From the NCBI GenBank assembly GCA_964291235.2, contig OZ219815.1:1088001-1152000 (forward strand): 64,000 bases of DNA. The letters are read 5' to 3'. The notes below the pieces were generated by a model. It saw only the letters and a program-made list of their open reading frames with translations, searched no databases and had not been told where the DNA came from. The first letter of the stretch is position 1, and each line of letters begins with the position of its first letter. This document shows, one piece after another, positions 1 through 9,268 of the stretch. Origin of the DNA: Vicinamibacteria bacterium (lineage in GTDB: Bacteria; Acidobacteriota; Vicinamibacteria; Marinacidobacterales; Marinacidobacteraceae). Both the position numbers and the translations under genes were made by a program.

Positions 1-99
1 CTCACGACGGCGTCCAACGGACAAGAAATGTCCTCCCAGGCCGGCCCAGTGGGCTCAGGCCTCCCCGGTGGATGGTGTAAAGCAAGGAAGGGAACGAGA

Positions 100-963
100 A
101 TGAAAGAACACACCGGTTTGATTTGGGTCGGAGCGATCCTCGCTCTCGGCCTCGGCAGTTGGACAGCGTGCGACAACGGCGGACCATCTACGGTGCCCAG
201 GCCTCCGGAAGCGGCGCCTGCATCGCTGGAAGTTGATGGGCCAGCCACCACGCTTGCGAGGGTTACCGAAACGGCGGCCCACGACCCCCCGCTCTTACCC
301 TGGCACGACTGTCTGAACGACGTCGGAGGCGTTTGGCAGGTGGACGACGGCCGACGATGCACGCCGATCCAGTCCCTGCACGCGGAGACGGGATGGAGTC
401 GAAGTTGCGGGCTCAACCAGTGGTATTTCCCGAATCCCGACTGGCAGTGCTGTGTTGACGATGGAACGGGTCAGTGTGTCCCGGGAACCCAGCAGTCGGA
501 GTCGAGTCCACCTCAGGAAACGGAGCCGGAAGGGCCGTCGGGTCCCAGGGTATGGATCCGCGGCACGAGCCCTTCAAACGGAGTCGAGCTCTGCGAAGGT
601 GACTTCATTCACGTGGTCGGACTTCGACGATCCAGAGCGGAGGGAGAACTTCGAGGATCGCTCCACCTGGTGGACCCGGAATTGGAAGCCATGATCGATC
701 TGGCAGACAACCCGGACACGCCTCCACACGTGCCTATTGAGGGGCCGTTCCGCCTTGCGGATGGCGAGGTCTCGATAGACACCTATGTTCTGGACCAACA
801 GAGGATCGGTCGCTGCCCCGACTGCAGTGAACAGAGGAACGTAGTTCTGGAAATCAGGGATCTGATCTACACCGTCCCCGCCGGTACCGAGCGTTATCGG
901 ATCGGCGACCCGGTCGTGTTTCAGGTACGAAAGGCAACGGACGACCTCTGCCAGCCGATGTGA
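100..963 (+). CDS. Hypothetical Cys-rich lipoprotein
   Basis: ATG at 100 after a purine-rich RBS. MKEH + hydrophobic stretch + WTAC lipobox-like motif, Pro-rich linker, many Cys. No family recognised. Confidence 0.6.
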   Translation: MKEHTGLIWVGAILALGLGSWTACDNGGPSTVPRPPEAAPASLEVDGPATTLARVTETAAHDPPLLPWHDCLNDVGGVWQVDDGRRCTPIQSLHAETGWSRSCGLNQWYFPNPDWQCCVDDGTGQCVPGTQQSESSPPQETEPEGPSGPRVWIRGTSPSNGVELCEGDFIHVVGLRRSRAEGELRGSLHLVDPELEAMIDLADNPDTPPHVPIEGPFRLADGEVSIDTYVLDQQRIGRCPDCSEQRNVVLEIRDLIYTVPAGTERYRIGDPVVFQVRKATDDLCQPM

Positions 964-1095
964 CGCTCTAGCAAAGGACAGGGAGCCCCTACCGAGAGAA
1001 CCGGGCTGGCGGCTCCTTGTGCGCCACCACGGCGGCCCTCCGCCCGTAGGCGCCGCTCGGGATTTCTCCCGTTGTTCCTCCAGCTTTCGGACTTC

Positions 1096-1152
1096 AACTA
1101 TTTAACCGAGTAAATCAGCCGATGAGAGGCTGTTTTACACACTAAAATAGTT
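1096..1152 (+). promoter_or_regulatory. AT-rich imperfect palindrome and probable -10 box (TAAAAT 1143-1148) for the ATPase gene
   Basis: AACTATTT (1096-1103) and AAATAGTT (1145-1152) arms with an inner CAGCC/GGCTG pair. The ATG follows 6 nt after TAAAAT with no SD, so possibly leaderless. Confidence 0.45.
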
Positions 1153-1154
1153 CC

Positions 1155-2309
1155 ATGCTGGAACGACACCGATCTCTTCGAGCCTTGGACGCGGCGTTCG
1201 AAGACGCGCGGGCGGTAGCGATCCTTGGCCCCCGCCAGATCGGCAAGACCACTCTCGCCCGCCAGTACGGCGAACGCTGCGGGCAGCCGGTGACCCATTT
1301 CGATCTGGAGAACGCGCGCCATCTGTCACGTCTGGAAGACCCCCTCGTCGCGCTGGAAGGACTGCGCGGTCTCATCGTGCTCGACGAGATCCAGCGTCGT
1401 CCCGAGCTCTTCCCCGCGCTCCGCGTCCTGCTCGACCGCCCGGGGAGCCCGGCGCGATTCCTCGTCCTGGGATCCGCCAGCCCGGATCTGCTGCGGCAGT
1501 CAAGCGAGACCCTCGCCGGACGAATCGTGTTCCGGGAACTTTCAGGGTTGGATGCCGAGGAGACCGGAACCGACGCCCTGCCGAACCGCTGGCTGCGCGG
1601 GGGATTTCCGCGGGCCTTCCTGGCGCCGAACGATCGTGCGAGCTTCGAGTGGCGGCGCGAGTTCGCGCGCACTTTCCTGGAACGCGACCTGCCGCAACTG
1701 GGCGCGCAGCAGCCGGCGCCGGCGTTGCGGCGGTTCTGGACCATGACGGCGCACGTCCACGGCCAACTCTGGAACCACGCCGAAATGGCGCGGGCGCTCG
1801 GCGGTTCGGCGAAGGCCGCCCGGAGCTACCGCGACCTGCTCGAGGCCGCGCTCGTGCTGAGGATCCTGCCGCCGTGGTCGCAGAACCTCGGAAAGCGTCA
1901 GGTGAAAGCGCCCCGCATCTACCTCCGGGACAGCGGAATCCTTCACTACCTACTCGACATCCGCACGACGGAAGACCTCGAAAGCCACCCCAAGGTGGGA
2001 GCCTCCTTCGAGGGGTTCGCGATCCACGAGCTGATCGCGCACCTCGACGCACAACCCGAGGAGTGCTATTTCTGGCGAACCCACACCGGCGCGGAAGTGG
2101 ACTTGCTGATCATCCGCGGCCGGGAGCGTCGCGCTTTCGAGGTCAAGCGCACCACCGCGCCGCGCACGACGCGTTCGATGCACACCGCGATCGAGGACCT
2201 CGGTCTCGAACGCCTTGACGTGATCCACGCCGGGCGGGAGACCTACCCGTTACGCGACCGCATCCGTGCCGTCTCCATCTTCCGCATCCGCGAGGACGTA
2301 GAGGTCTGA
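1155..2309 (+). CDS. AAA_14 / DUF4143 family ATP-binding protein
   Basis: Walker A GPRQIGKT, Walker B LIVLDEIQ, LGSAS, GGFP, KxYxxDSG, and a C-terminal EVD…FEVK PD-(D/E)xK-like motif. Confidence 0.9.
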   Translation: MLERHRSLRALDAAFEDARAVAILGPRQIGKTTLARQYGERCGQPVTHFDLENARHLSRLEDPLVALEGLRGLIVLDEIQRRPELFPALRVLLDRPGSPARFLVLGSASPDLLRQSSETLAGRIVFRELSGLDAEETGTDALPNRWLRGGFPRAFLAPNDRASFEWRREFARTFLERDLPQLGAQQPAPALRRFWTMTAHVHGQLWNHAEMARALGGSAKAARSYRDLLEAALVLRILPPWSQNLGKRQVKAPRIYLRDSGILHYLLDIRTTEDLESHPKVGASFEGFAIHELIAHLDAQPEECYFWRTHTGAEVDLLIIRGRERRAFEVKRTTAPRTTRSMHTAIEDLGLERLDVIHAGRETYPLRDRIRAVSIFRIREDVEV

Positions 2310-2532
2310 CGGAAGGCGAATAGCCGGAACCCCGCCCGAACAGGTGTGGACCACTTCGCCGCTCCGAGGGAAGTGACCTGGTCCACGAGATTTCACCCGA
2401 AGAACCGGTAGGCGCTTGAGGGTTCGGTAACGAGGGCGGCCCCCAGGAGCACGGGAAGGAGTCGCGGAAACCGACGACCGGCCCTCGCTCCGGACGCCGG
2501 CGACTCCTTGTGCGCCACGATGGTGGCGGCGG

Positions 2533-3987
2533 TTAGCCCGCGCTGTCGTCGAAGGCGGCCAGAATCGCGGAGACCGTGGCGTTCAGGTATTCGTCAAACT
2601 CGCCGGGGCTTGGACCGAGGCGCACCACCACGATGTCCCGCGACGGGATGACCATGGTGACCTGCCCCATGAACCCGGCGGCCCAGTAGGCGTCGCTCGG
2701 GACGTCCGGGTGGCGCCCGCCGAGGTTCAGCCACCAGAGGCCGCCGTACTCGCCCTCCTTCGCTCCCGGCGAGGGGCTGCTCACGAACTCCGACCAGCCT
2801 TCGGGGAGGATCCGGTCGCCCTCGAAAACGCCGTCCCAGAGGTGGAGGAGCCCGAAGCGCATCCAGTCGGCGGCGCTGCCGTACTCGTAGCCGCTCAGGA
2901 TGAAGTTGCCCCACGGGTCGGGCTCCAGCACGAAGTCCCGGGAGCCGATCCGGTCGAAGAGCATCCGCTGCGGATGGGTCAGGTATTCCTTGTCGTTGTT
3001 CTCCACCGTCTCCCGGACGATGCGTCCGAGGGTCAGCGGATCCGAGTTGCGGTAGCGGAACTCGCTTCCGGGCGGGATGCCGTAGGGCTGTCCGGAGGCG
3101 TGCTCGAAGACATTGAGCGAGTCGAAATAGACCCGCATGTGCTCGTTCTCGGGAATCAGCGACGACGCTCCCGCGAGTCCCAGGTTCGTCATGTCGAGCC
3201 CGCTGCTCATGGTGAGCAGGTGGCGCATGAGGATGACGCCGCGGGGGTCGCCCTCCGCGCGCCATTCGGCCACCGGCGCCGGGTCGTCGAGGCCGAAGTG
3301 CCCCTTCTGCATGAGCACGCCGATCAGCGTCGCGGTGACGCTCTTGCCCTCCGACCAACTGATCTGCGGGGTGTTCCGGGTGAACCCGGGGGCGTAGCGC
3401 TCGCCCACGATCTTGCCGCGGCGGACCACCGCCAGGGCGCGCGTGTTCTGCTCGGTCCCCATCGCGGCGTCGAGCGCGGCATCGAGCGCCGCGCGGTCCA
3501 CGCCGGCCTGATCCGGTTCCTCGGCGCCGATGTCCCCGAGCGGCCAGTCCTGCTCGTCCGCCGGCGGCTGGTTCCGGGGCACCGGCACGGGCGTGAACCG
3601 CACCGAGTCGGCGCCGTCCTCCAGGAGCGTGCATCCCTGGTCACCGTGGTACTTCGCGGTGCGGCGCGCCACATCGGCGGCCCACACCGTGGCGCTCTTC
3701 GCCTCCAAATCCACTTCCCACTCGAAGTCGTCCTGCCAGGCGAATCCGACGAAAGGCTCGATGTCCTGAGCCAGCACTTCCTCGGGAGTTCGCTCCGTGA
3801 CCCGCCCCACGACGAAGGTGCCGGAGCAGAGATGGTGCGCGCCGATCCCGGCGGCGTACTTCCGGAAGCGATCGGCGTCGGCATCCTCCGCGGGGTCACC
3901 GCCGCCGTTTCCGCCTCCGCAAGCGGCCAGAAGTGCGAGCGCCGCCGCAAGCACGACAAGAGTGCGCCAGGTCCGTGATTCTTTCAT
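2533..3987 (-). CDS. Serine hydrolase, beta-lactamase family lipoprotein
   Basis: Start MKESRT with GGAGG RBS, LAAC lipobox, SxxK (SEGK), LLTMSSGL, FRYRN, AAGFMGQ. Confidence 0.85.
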   Translation of the reverse strand: MKESRTWRTLVVLAAALALLAACGGGNGGGDPAEDADADRFRKYAAGIGAHHLCSGTFVVGRVTERTPEEVLAQDIEPFVGFAWQDDFEWEVDLEAKSATVWAADVARRTAKYHGDQGCTLLEDGADSVRFTPVPVPRNQPPADEQDWPLGDIGAEEPDQAGVDRAALDAALDAAMGTEQNTRALAVVRRGKIVGERYAPGFTRNTPQISWSEGKSVTATLIGVLMQKGHFGLDDPAPVAEWRAEGDPRGVILMRHLLTMSSGLDMTNLGLAGASSLIPENEHMRVYFDSLNVFEHASGQPYGIPPGSEFRYRNSDPLTLGRIVRETVENNDKEYLTHPQRMLFDRIGSRDFVLEPDPWGNFILSGYEYGSAADWMRFGLLHLWDGVFEGDRILPEGWSEFVSSPSPGAKEGEYGGLWWLNLGGRHPDVPSDAYWAAGFMGQVTMVIPSRDIVVVRLGPSPGEFDEYLNATVSAILAAFDDSAG

Positions 3988-4130
3988 CGGGCGTCCCTCC
4001 CGTTCCAGGGGAAATCCGATTCTACGGGACCGCGCGGCGGGGCTGTCTCGACCGGCTGAGCCCGGTGTCCGTTTTCCGGGCAGCCCTACCGACCAGCCGG
4101 GTCCGACGACCGACATGGAGTTCATGTATC

Positions 4131-4149
4131 CATTTGGACGGTCCAAATG
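4131..4149. promoter_or_regulatory. Perfect 19-bp palindrome, operator-like
   Basis: CATTTGGAC-G-GTCCAAATG in an AT-richer intergenic stretch upstream of the serine hydrolase. Confidence 0.45.
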
Positions 4150-4346
4150 CCAAATTGAGCTATCACCTGTTCGTCCGCAACGTCCTCTGCCGAGGGAAAA
4201 CGCCCCGTCACCCTCGTGGCCAGGCCGCCTCGGCACCAATAGGACGCCGTGACGCCTGGGCTACCAGCCCAACCTCCCAGCCTGCAACACCCTGACGGCC
4301 GCCACGGATTCCCAGGTGTTCACCCGGGCCGGCCTCCGCAACCAAT

Positions 4347-6230
4347 TCAGCCGGAAAAGGACTCCATCCGGCGGAGCGCTTCCTTGATCAGCTCCTCCGA
4401 CTGCAGCATCGAGACCCGGGCGTAGCGGTCCCAGCGCTTCCCGAAAGCGGTCCCCGGAAACATGAGCACGCGCGCCTCGGTGAGCAGGCGCCGGCAGAAG
4501 GATTCGGCGGAGAGTCCGAAACGGGAGATGTCCGCCCACACAAAGAACCCGCCCCCCTGAGCGGCGGTGGGGATGCCGAGGCGGGCGAAACCGTCGAGCA
4601 GCAGTTGTCTTCTGGGAGCGTAGATCTCGCGCAGCCGGGCCGGGAACGCGTCGCCCCCGGCGAGTGCGGCGGCCGCCGCCCGCTGGGAAAAGAGCGGCGA
4701 CGGCCCGGAGACCGCGGTTTTCAGGCGCGCGCAGGCGGCGATGGCGTCCGCCGGGCCGGTCAGGTAGCCGACCCGGAAGCCGGTCATCGCGTAGCTCTTG
4801 GAGACGCTGCTCATCGTCAGCGTCCGGTTCCGCATCCCCGGCAGCGTGGACGGGGAGAGGATCGGCCCCTTACCGTCGAGGGCCATATCCGCGTACACCT
4901 CGTCGGACAGCACCCAGAGGTGGTGGCGGTCCGCCAACCGGCAAAGATCCTCCACCTCTCCGTGCAGCGTCCGGGCGCCGGTCGGGTTCGAAAAGTTCAC
5001 GATCGCCAGCAGCCGGGGTCTCTCCGCTTGGCCGAGGACGCGCTCCGCGGCGGCGGCGCGCATTCCGAAGTCTTCCCCGTCCGCTCCGGACACCCCGCCG
5101 CAGGGCACGGGGGCCATGCGTCCCCGGGCGAGCGCGATGGCCTGCTGGTAGGAGGTGTACCGCGGGTCGGCCAGCAGGACCTCCTCGCGGTCCCCGACCA
5201 GCGCCAGCATGGCGAGGGTGATGCCCTCCTGGGCGCCGCCGGTGACCAGCGTTTCGGTGTCCGGATCCCAACGGATGCCGGTTCGGCTCTCCTCGCGTTC
5301 GACGATGCGCTCCCGCAGCCAGCGTTGGCCGAGAGGGTCCAGCGGTTCCGTCTCGGGGATCCGGGCGCAGGCGGCCTCCAGAACCGGCTCGGGCGCGTCG
5401 GCGTCGGGGTCGCCCCGCCCGAGGCTCACCACCCCGTCGAGCGCGGCGGCGAGTTCCATCAACGAGTAGCGCGAATCGTCCTTCCCCGGCTTCGCCAGCA
5501 CGGGGCGCGGCCGCGGTTTGGCCGCCCCCGCGCCGAGCCGGAGCGCCGCGGTCCGCTGCGAAGGCGCCGCGGTACAGATCGAGACGGCCTGTTTCAGGCT
5601 GCGGAGCCGGCCGAGGAGCCGCGGCGGCGCCCGGAAAAAGCCCACCCGGAACGGAGCGAGTTCGGGCAGGCCGTCGAGGGATCCGACGAGCACGGCGTCT
5701 TCCCCAACTCCGGCCAGGAACGAATCCGCCGCCTCGCCGGAGCCGAGCAGCCGGGCGCCGCAATCGACGATCTCGAAGGGTGCGTCCCCGCCGGCTTCCT
5801 CGGGGGTGGTCACCCGGGCGACGGCATCCGCGCCAGCGTTCCCGGCTGCCGGAGACAGTTCGAGCGCCGCGCAGGCGGCGAGCACCCCCGGATCTCCCTC
5901 CAACCCGGGGGACAGCGCCGCGCCAGCGGGGGTGTCGCCGCGCTCCGCCCGGGCTCCGGCGAGGGCGACGAAGAGAGCTTCCTGTCGCCCGCCGGTGATG
6001 ACCACCGTGCCCCCGGACGGCGCTCCGGCAGCTTCGATCCGCTCCCCGACGGCGTCTTGCAGCTCCGGTAGCCCGGGGCGCGGCGTGTAGTGGGTCTCGC
6101 CGCCGAGCAGCGCGGACCGGAGGGCGGCCGCATGTTCCGGAGCGAGCGACGCTCCCGCGTCGGGAAGGGGCCTTCCCACTCCCAGCGCGTGAGACCGGTC
6201 GGAGACCGGAATGGGACAGAAGTGGTTCAC
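4347..6230 (-). CDS. Class I/II PLP aminotransferase with a duplicated, degenerate N-terminal aminotransferase domain
   Basis: C-half has TGGAQEG, NPTG, SDEVY, SKSYAMTGFRVG, PGTAFG. N-half has HYTPRPGLPEL, ITGGRQEAL, GSLDG…FRVGF with no catalytic Lys. Confidence 0.85.
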   Translation of the reverse strand: MNHFCPIPVSDRSHALGVGRPLPDAGASLAPEHAAALRSALLGGETHYTPRPGLPELQDAVGERIEAAGAPSGGTVVITGGRQEALFVALAGARAERGDTPAGAALSPGLEGDPGVLAACAALELSPAAGNAGADAVARVTTPEEAGGDAPFEIVDCGARLLGSGEAADSFLAGVGEDAVLVGSLDGLPELAPFRVGFFRAPPRLLGRLRSLKQAVSICTAAPSQRTAALRLGAGAAKPRPRPVLAKPGKDDSRYSLMELAAALDGVVSLGRGDPDADAPEPVLEAACARIPETEPLDPLGQRWLRERIVEREESRTGIRWDPDTETLVTGGAQEGITLAMLALVGDREEVLLADPRYTSYQQAIALARGRMAPVPCGGVSGADGEDFGMRAAAAERVLGQAERPRLLAIVNFSNPTGARTLHGEVEDLCRLADRHHLWVLSDEVYADMALDGKGPILSPSTLPGMRNRTLTMSSVSKSYAMTGFRVGYLTGPADAIAACARLKTAVSGPSPLFSQRAAAAALAGGDAFPARLREIYAPRRQLLLDGFARLGIPTAAQGGGFFVWADISRFGLSAESFCRRLLTEARVLMFPGTAFGKRWDRYARVSMLQSEELIKEALRRMESFSG

Positions 6231-7036
6231 AGGCTACTCAGTTCCTCCCAGGCTTCCCCCGGAAGCGGAAGTCCCCTGTCGAGCACGGTGTCCGCCACCC
6301 GGTCGGCTTCGAAACGGCGCCCGTTCGGCGCCCCCTCCGGGTTCCCCGGCAAAAGGGCGAAGGCGGCGAACGCCGGGCCGAGCGCCTCCGAGGAGCCCCA
6401 GGCTCTCTGGCCCGCGGGAAGCGCGGCTTCTTCGGCGCGAGAGAGGCCGGTGGGTTTGATGCGCCGGGCCCCCGGCGTGATCGTGTTGGCGAAGAGCCCC
6501 GCGCCGGCGCACTCTTCGGCGATCGCCTTGGCGAGGCCTTCCGTCCCGAACTTGGTGGCGCAGTAGACGGCTTCCCCGGCAAAACCCATGATGGCCGCCT
6601 GCGAGCTGGTCAGCAGAATCGAGCCGCCGCTCCCCGCGCGCAGTTCGGGCATCAGTTCCCGCACCAGACAAAAGGCCGAACCGAGGTTCACGGCCACCAT
6701 CTCGTCCCACTGCGCATCCGTCGTCTCCTCGACCGGCTGCACGTGAAACACCGCCGCGCAGTGGACGAGCGCGGTGAGGTCTCCCCGCGAGATTTCCCTC
6801 GCGCGTCTCGCCGCCCGGAGGGTGGCGTCCCGGTCGGCGAGGTCGCAGACCAACGGATGGAAGGGGCCGGGCCCCCGGCTGGCCGCCGTCTCGACGGTCG
6901 TCCGGAGCTCGTCCCCGGAGCGGTCCAGCAGGATGCACTCGGCGCCCTCTTCGGCGAGTCCCCACGCGGCCGAGGCGCCGAGTCCGCGGGCGGCGCCGGT
7001 GACCAGGACGCGGCGTCCCAGAAGTCTCTCGCCCAT
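6227..7036 (-). CDS. SDR family oxidoreductase
   Basis: TGAARGLG, VNL, SS…YCATK. Start overlaps the upstream stop (TGATG). Confidence 0.88.
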   Translation of the reverse strand: MGERLLGRRVLVTGAARGLGASAAWGLAEEGAECILLDRSGDELRTTVETAASRGPGPFHPLVCDLADRDATLRAARRAREISRGDLTALVHCAAVFHVQPVEETTDAQWDEMVAVNLGSAFCLVRELMPELRAGSGGSILLTSSQAAIMGFAGEAVYCATKFGTEGLAKAIAEECAGAGLFANTITPGARRIKPTGLSRAEEAALPAGQRAWGSSEALGPAFAAFALLPGNPEGAPNGRRFEADRVADTVLDRGLPLPGEAWEELSSL

Positions 7037-8190
7037 CAGCCCGGCAAGATCCCCCGCAGCAGGTATGCCGTGCCGAACCCGAGGTAGTTGCCGAACCCGT
7101 AGCCAAAGATCCCCATGATCACGGCCGGCGCGATCCGGTGCTTCCACTTGAGCGCCATCCCGAGCGCCAGTGCGGAACCGGGCCCGCCCACCGCGGCCTG
7201 GCTCGACAGGGTGATGGTCGCCAGATCAAACCGGAGGAGCCAGCCGAACCCGTAGAGCACCGCTCCGTGGATCAGGATGATCAGGATCATGTAGAAGAAG
7301 AGCCACGGCCCCGCCGCCACCACCTCGCGGACGTCGGAACCGGCGCCGATCACGATGAAGAACAGGTGGAGGGCGAAGTAGGACAGCATCGCGGAGCCGC
7401 TCAACCGCTGGATCGCCGGGATCTGACCCAGGATCAGCGCGATGGTGGTCAGCCACAGGACTTCGGGAATCCCGGGGAGCACCTGGGCGAAGAGTCCGGC
7501 GGCGGCCAGCGCGAGCAGCGGGATGGCCGCGAGGATTGCGAGGTGGGTGATCGAGATCGCGCTCTCGGTCCAGGTGCGGCGAAGAGCGTCGGTGTCCACC
7601 TCGGTGTCGTCGGCCATCGCATCGGTCGCATCCGGCTTCGCTCGCCGCAGGAAGATCCCCGCGAGCGCCGAAGCGAGCGCCACCTGGCCGAGCATCCAGG
7701 GCACGGTGGAGAGGTTGTCCACCACGAAGGCGCCGGCGAAGAGGCTCGGGGTCATCTCGAGCCCCTGGCCCACCGCCGCGAAGTTGAGACCGCCGCCCCA
7801 GAACGCTCCCGCGAACGTCCCGCCCAGCTTCCAGGTCTCCGGACCCAGGAGTCCGGCGAAGAGCATGCTGGCGACGAAGGCCCCCACGAAGGTACCGAAG
7901 CCCGCGAGCCCGAAACCCGCCACCATGCGGGGGCCGGCGCTCTTCAGGTCGGACAGCCGGGTGGACAGGACGAAGAGCACGATCGCGTAGGGAATCGCGT
8001 AGCGCGAGAGCGAACCCATGAACTCGCCGCCGCGCGGGATCAGCCCGATATTGGCGAGCAGGATGCCGAGGAGGGTGCAGACGACCGCGGAGCTGATCTT
8101 CTGGATGGCCGGATAACGCTCCTCCGCTTGCCGGGCCGCCGCAATGATGAGCAGCAGGAAGGCGAGCAGCAGGAGGGGCTGGGCGATCAC
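7036..8190 (-). CDS. DUF819 family membrane protein (putative transporter)
   Basis: Polytopic; GGGLNFAAV, SQAAVGGPGSA and GYGFGNYLG motifs typical of DUF819. Confidence 0.8.
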   Translation of the reverse strand: MIAQPLLLLAFLLLIIAAARQAEERYPAIQKISSAVVCTLLGILLANIGLIPRGGEFMGSLSRYAIPYAIVLFVLSTRLSDLKSAGPRMVAGFGLAGFGTFVGAFVASMLFAGLLGPETWKLGGTFAGAFWGGGLNFAAVGQGLEMTPSLFAGAFVVDNLSTVPWMLGQVALASALAGIFLRRAKPDATDAMADDTEVDTDALRRTWTESAISITHLAILAAIPLLALAAAGLFAQVLPGIPEVLWLTTIALILGQIPAIQRLSGSAMLSYFALHLFFIVIGAGSDVREVVAAGPWLFFYMILIILIHGAVLYGFGWLLRFDLATITLSSQAAVGGPGSALALGMALKWKHRIAPAVIMGIFGYGFGNYLGFGTAYLLRGILPG

Positions 8191-9245
8191 GGAACGCTCC
8201 CCGCGTCACGCGACTTCGGTTTCCGCTGTTGGGGCGGCTCGACCTCGACGAACTCCGCGTCGCCGCAGAAGAGCGTCCAGTCACCCGCCGTCGTCGAGGG
8301 ACAGGTGCGGAATCCGAAGAGCACGCCGTCACAGGGAGCGTTCAGATCTTCGACGGGATTCCCGAGCAGATCGAGGATCCGGAGGAGGGTCTGTCCCTTC
8401 GTGATGGGCCGCTTCAGGTGGTCGCCCGCCTCGCCCGCGGCCGGGCTGAGGATGCCGCTGCCGCTGGCCCGCACCACGCTCTGCCGGCCGCGCCAGAGCT
8501 TTGGCGCGTAGGCGGCGTCGCCTTCGAGGAGGCCGTAGTGGCGGCAGACGTTGTCGATGGCGCGCTTCAGGATGTCCACGTTCTCGCGGAACATCCCCGG
8601 CATGGTCCCGGCGCTGCCCCCGAGTTCCACGGTGATGCCGGCCTTGCCCGCCGGGGTCATCGCCGCCATCGGCGAGCCGGCCGGGTGCGGGGTATCCAGC
8701 ACGATGGTCCAGTCGGGGCCCATCGCCTGGGCGAGTTCGAGCCCCAGCGGGTCTTCCGAGGTGGTGAAGATCGTCTCGCCGAGGTAGCAGATGTTGCCGC
8801 CGGAATGGAAGGTGATCTCGATGTCGGCAACGCTCGCGGCCGTTTCGGCGTGGACCGCGGCGATCCGGTCGGTCAGGTACCCCGCGGGGTTGCCCGGGTA
8901 GATCCGGTTCATGTCGTGGCTGTGAGTGTCACGGGGGTTGCCCCGGGCCATGGCCTCGAACGCTCCCACGTTCATCAGCGGAACCGCGACCACCGCGCCG
9001 GAGAGGGCCTTCGGGTCGAGTTCCCGGACGAACTCGGCAACCGCGAGGGTCCCCTCCTGTTCGTCGCCGTGAATGCCGCCGTCGATGAGCAGCACCGGCC
9101 CGGGCTTGGTTCCGTTCGCAATGAGCACCGGGAATCCGAGCGCGGTTCCGTCCACCCGGTGGACCGCCGGAACGAATCCGGCGGCGCAGCTACCGGGCGC
9201 GCAGCGAACCGGGCCGACCGAGAGATCCTGTTGTTGTTTCGTCAT
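8187..9245 (-). CDS. Succinylglutamate desuccinylase/aspartoacylase (AstE/AspA, M14-like) family deacylase
   Basis: GGIHGDE, DMNRIYPG, FHSGG, TVELG and a C-terminal APCDG hybrid-like motif; start MTKQQQ. Confidence 0.85.
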   Translation of the reverse strand: MTKQQQDLSVGPVRCAPGSCAAGFVPAVHRVDGTALGFPVLIANGTKPGPVLLIDGGIHGDEQEGTLAVAEFVRELDPKALSGAVVAVPLMNVGAFEAMARGNPRDTHSHDMNRIYPGNPAGYLTDRIAAVHAETAASVADIEITFHSGGNICYLGETIFTTSEDPLGLELAQAMGPDWTIVLDTPHPAGSPMAAMTPAGKAGITVELGGSAGTMPGMFRENVDILKRAIDNVCRHYGLLEGDAAYAPKLWRGRQSVVRASGSGILSPAAGEAGDHLKRPITKGQTLLRILDLLGNPVEDLNAPCDGVLFGFRTCPSTTAGDWTLFCGDAEFVEVEPPQQRKPKSRDAGSVP

Positions 9246-9268
9246 GTGGGGTCTGCTTTCCTCGGTTT

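Noticed and set aside
2347-2387. GTGGACCA…TGGTCCAC hairpin as a terminator or ncRNA
   Set aside because: Irregular stem and no U-tract; not enough support.
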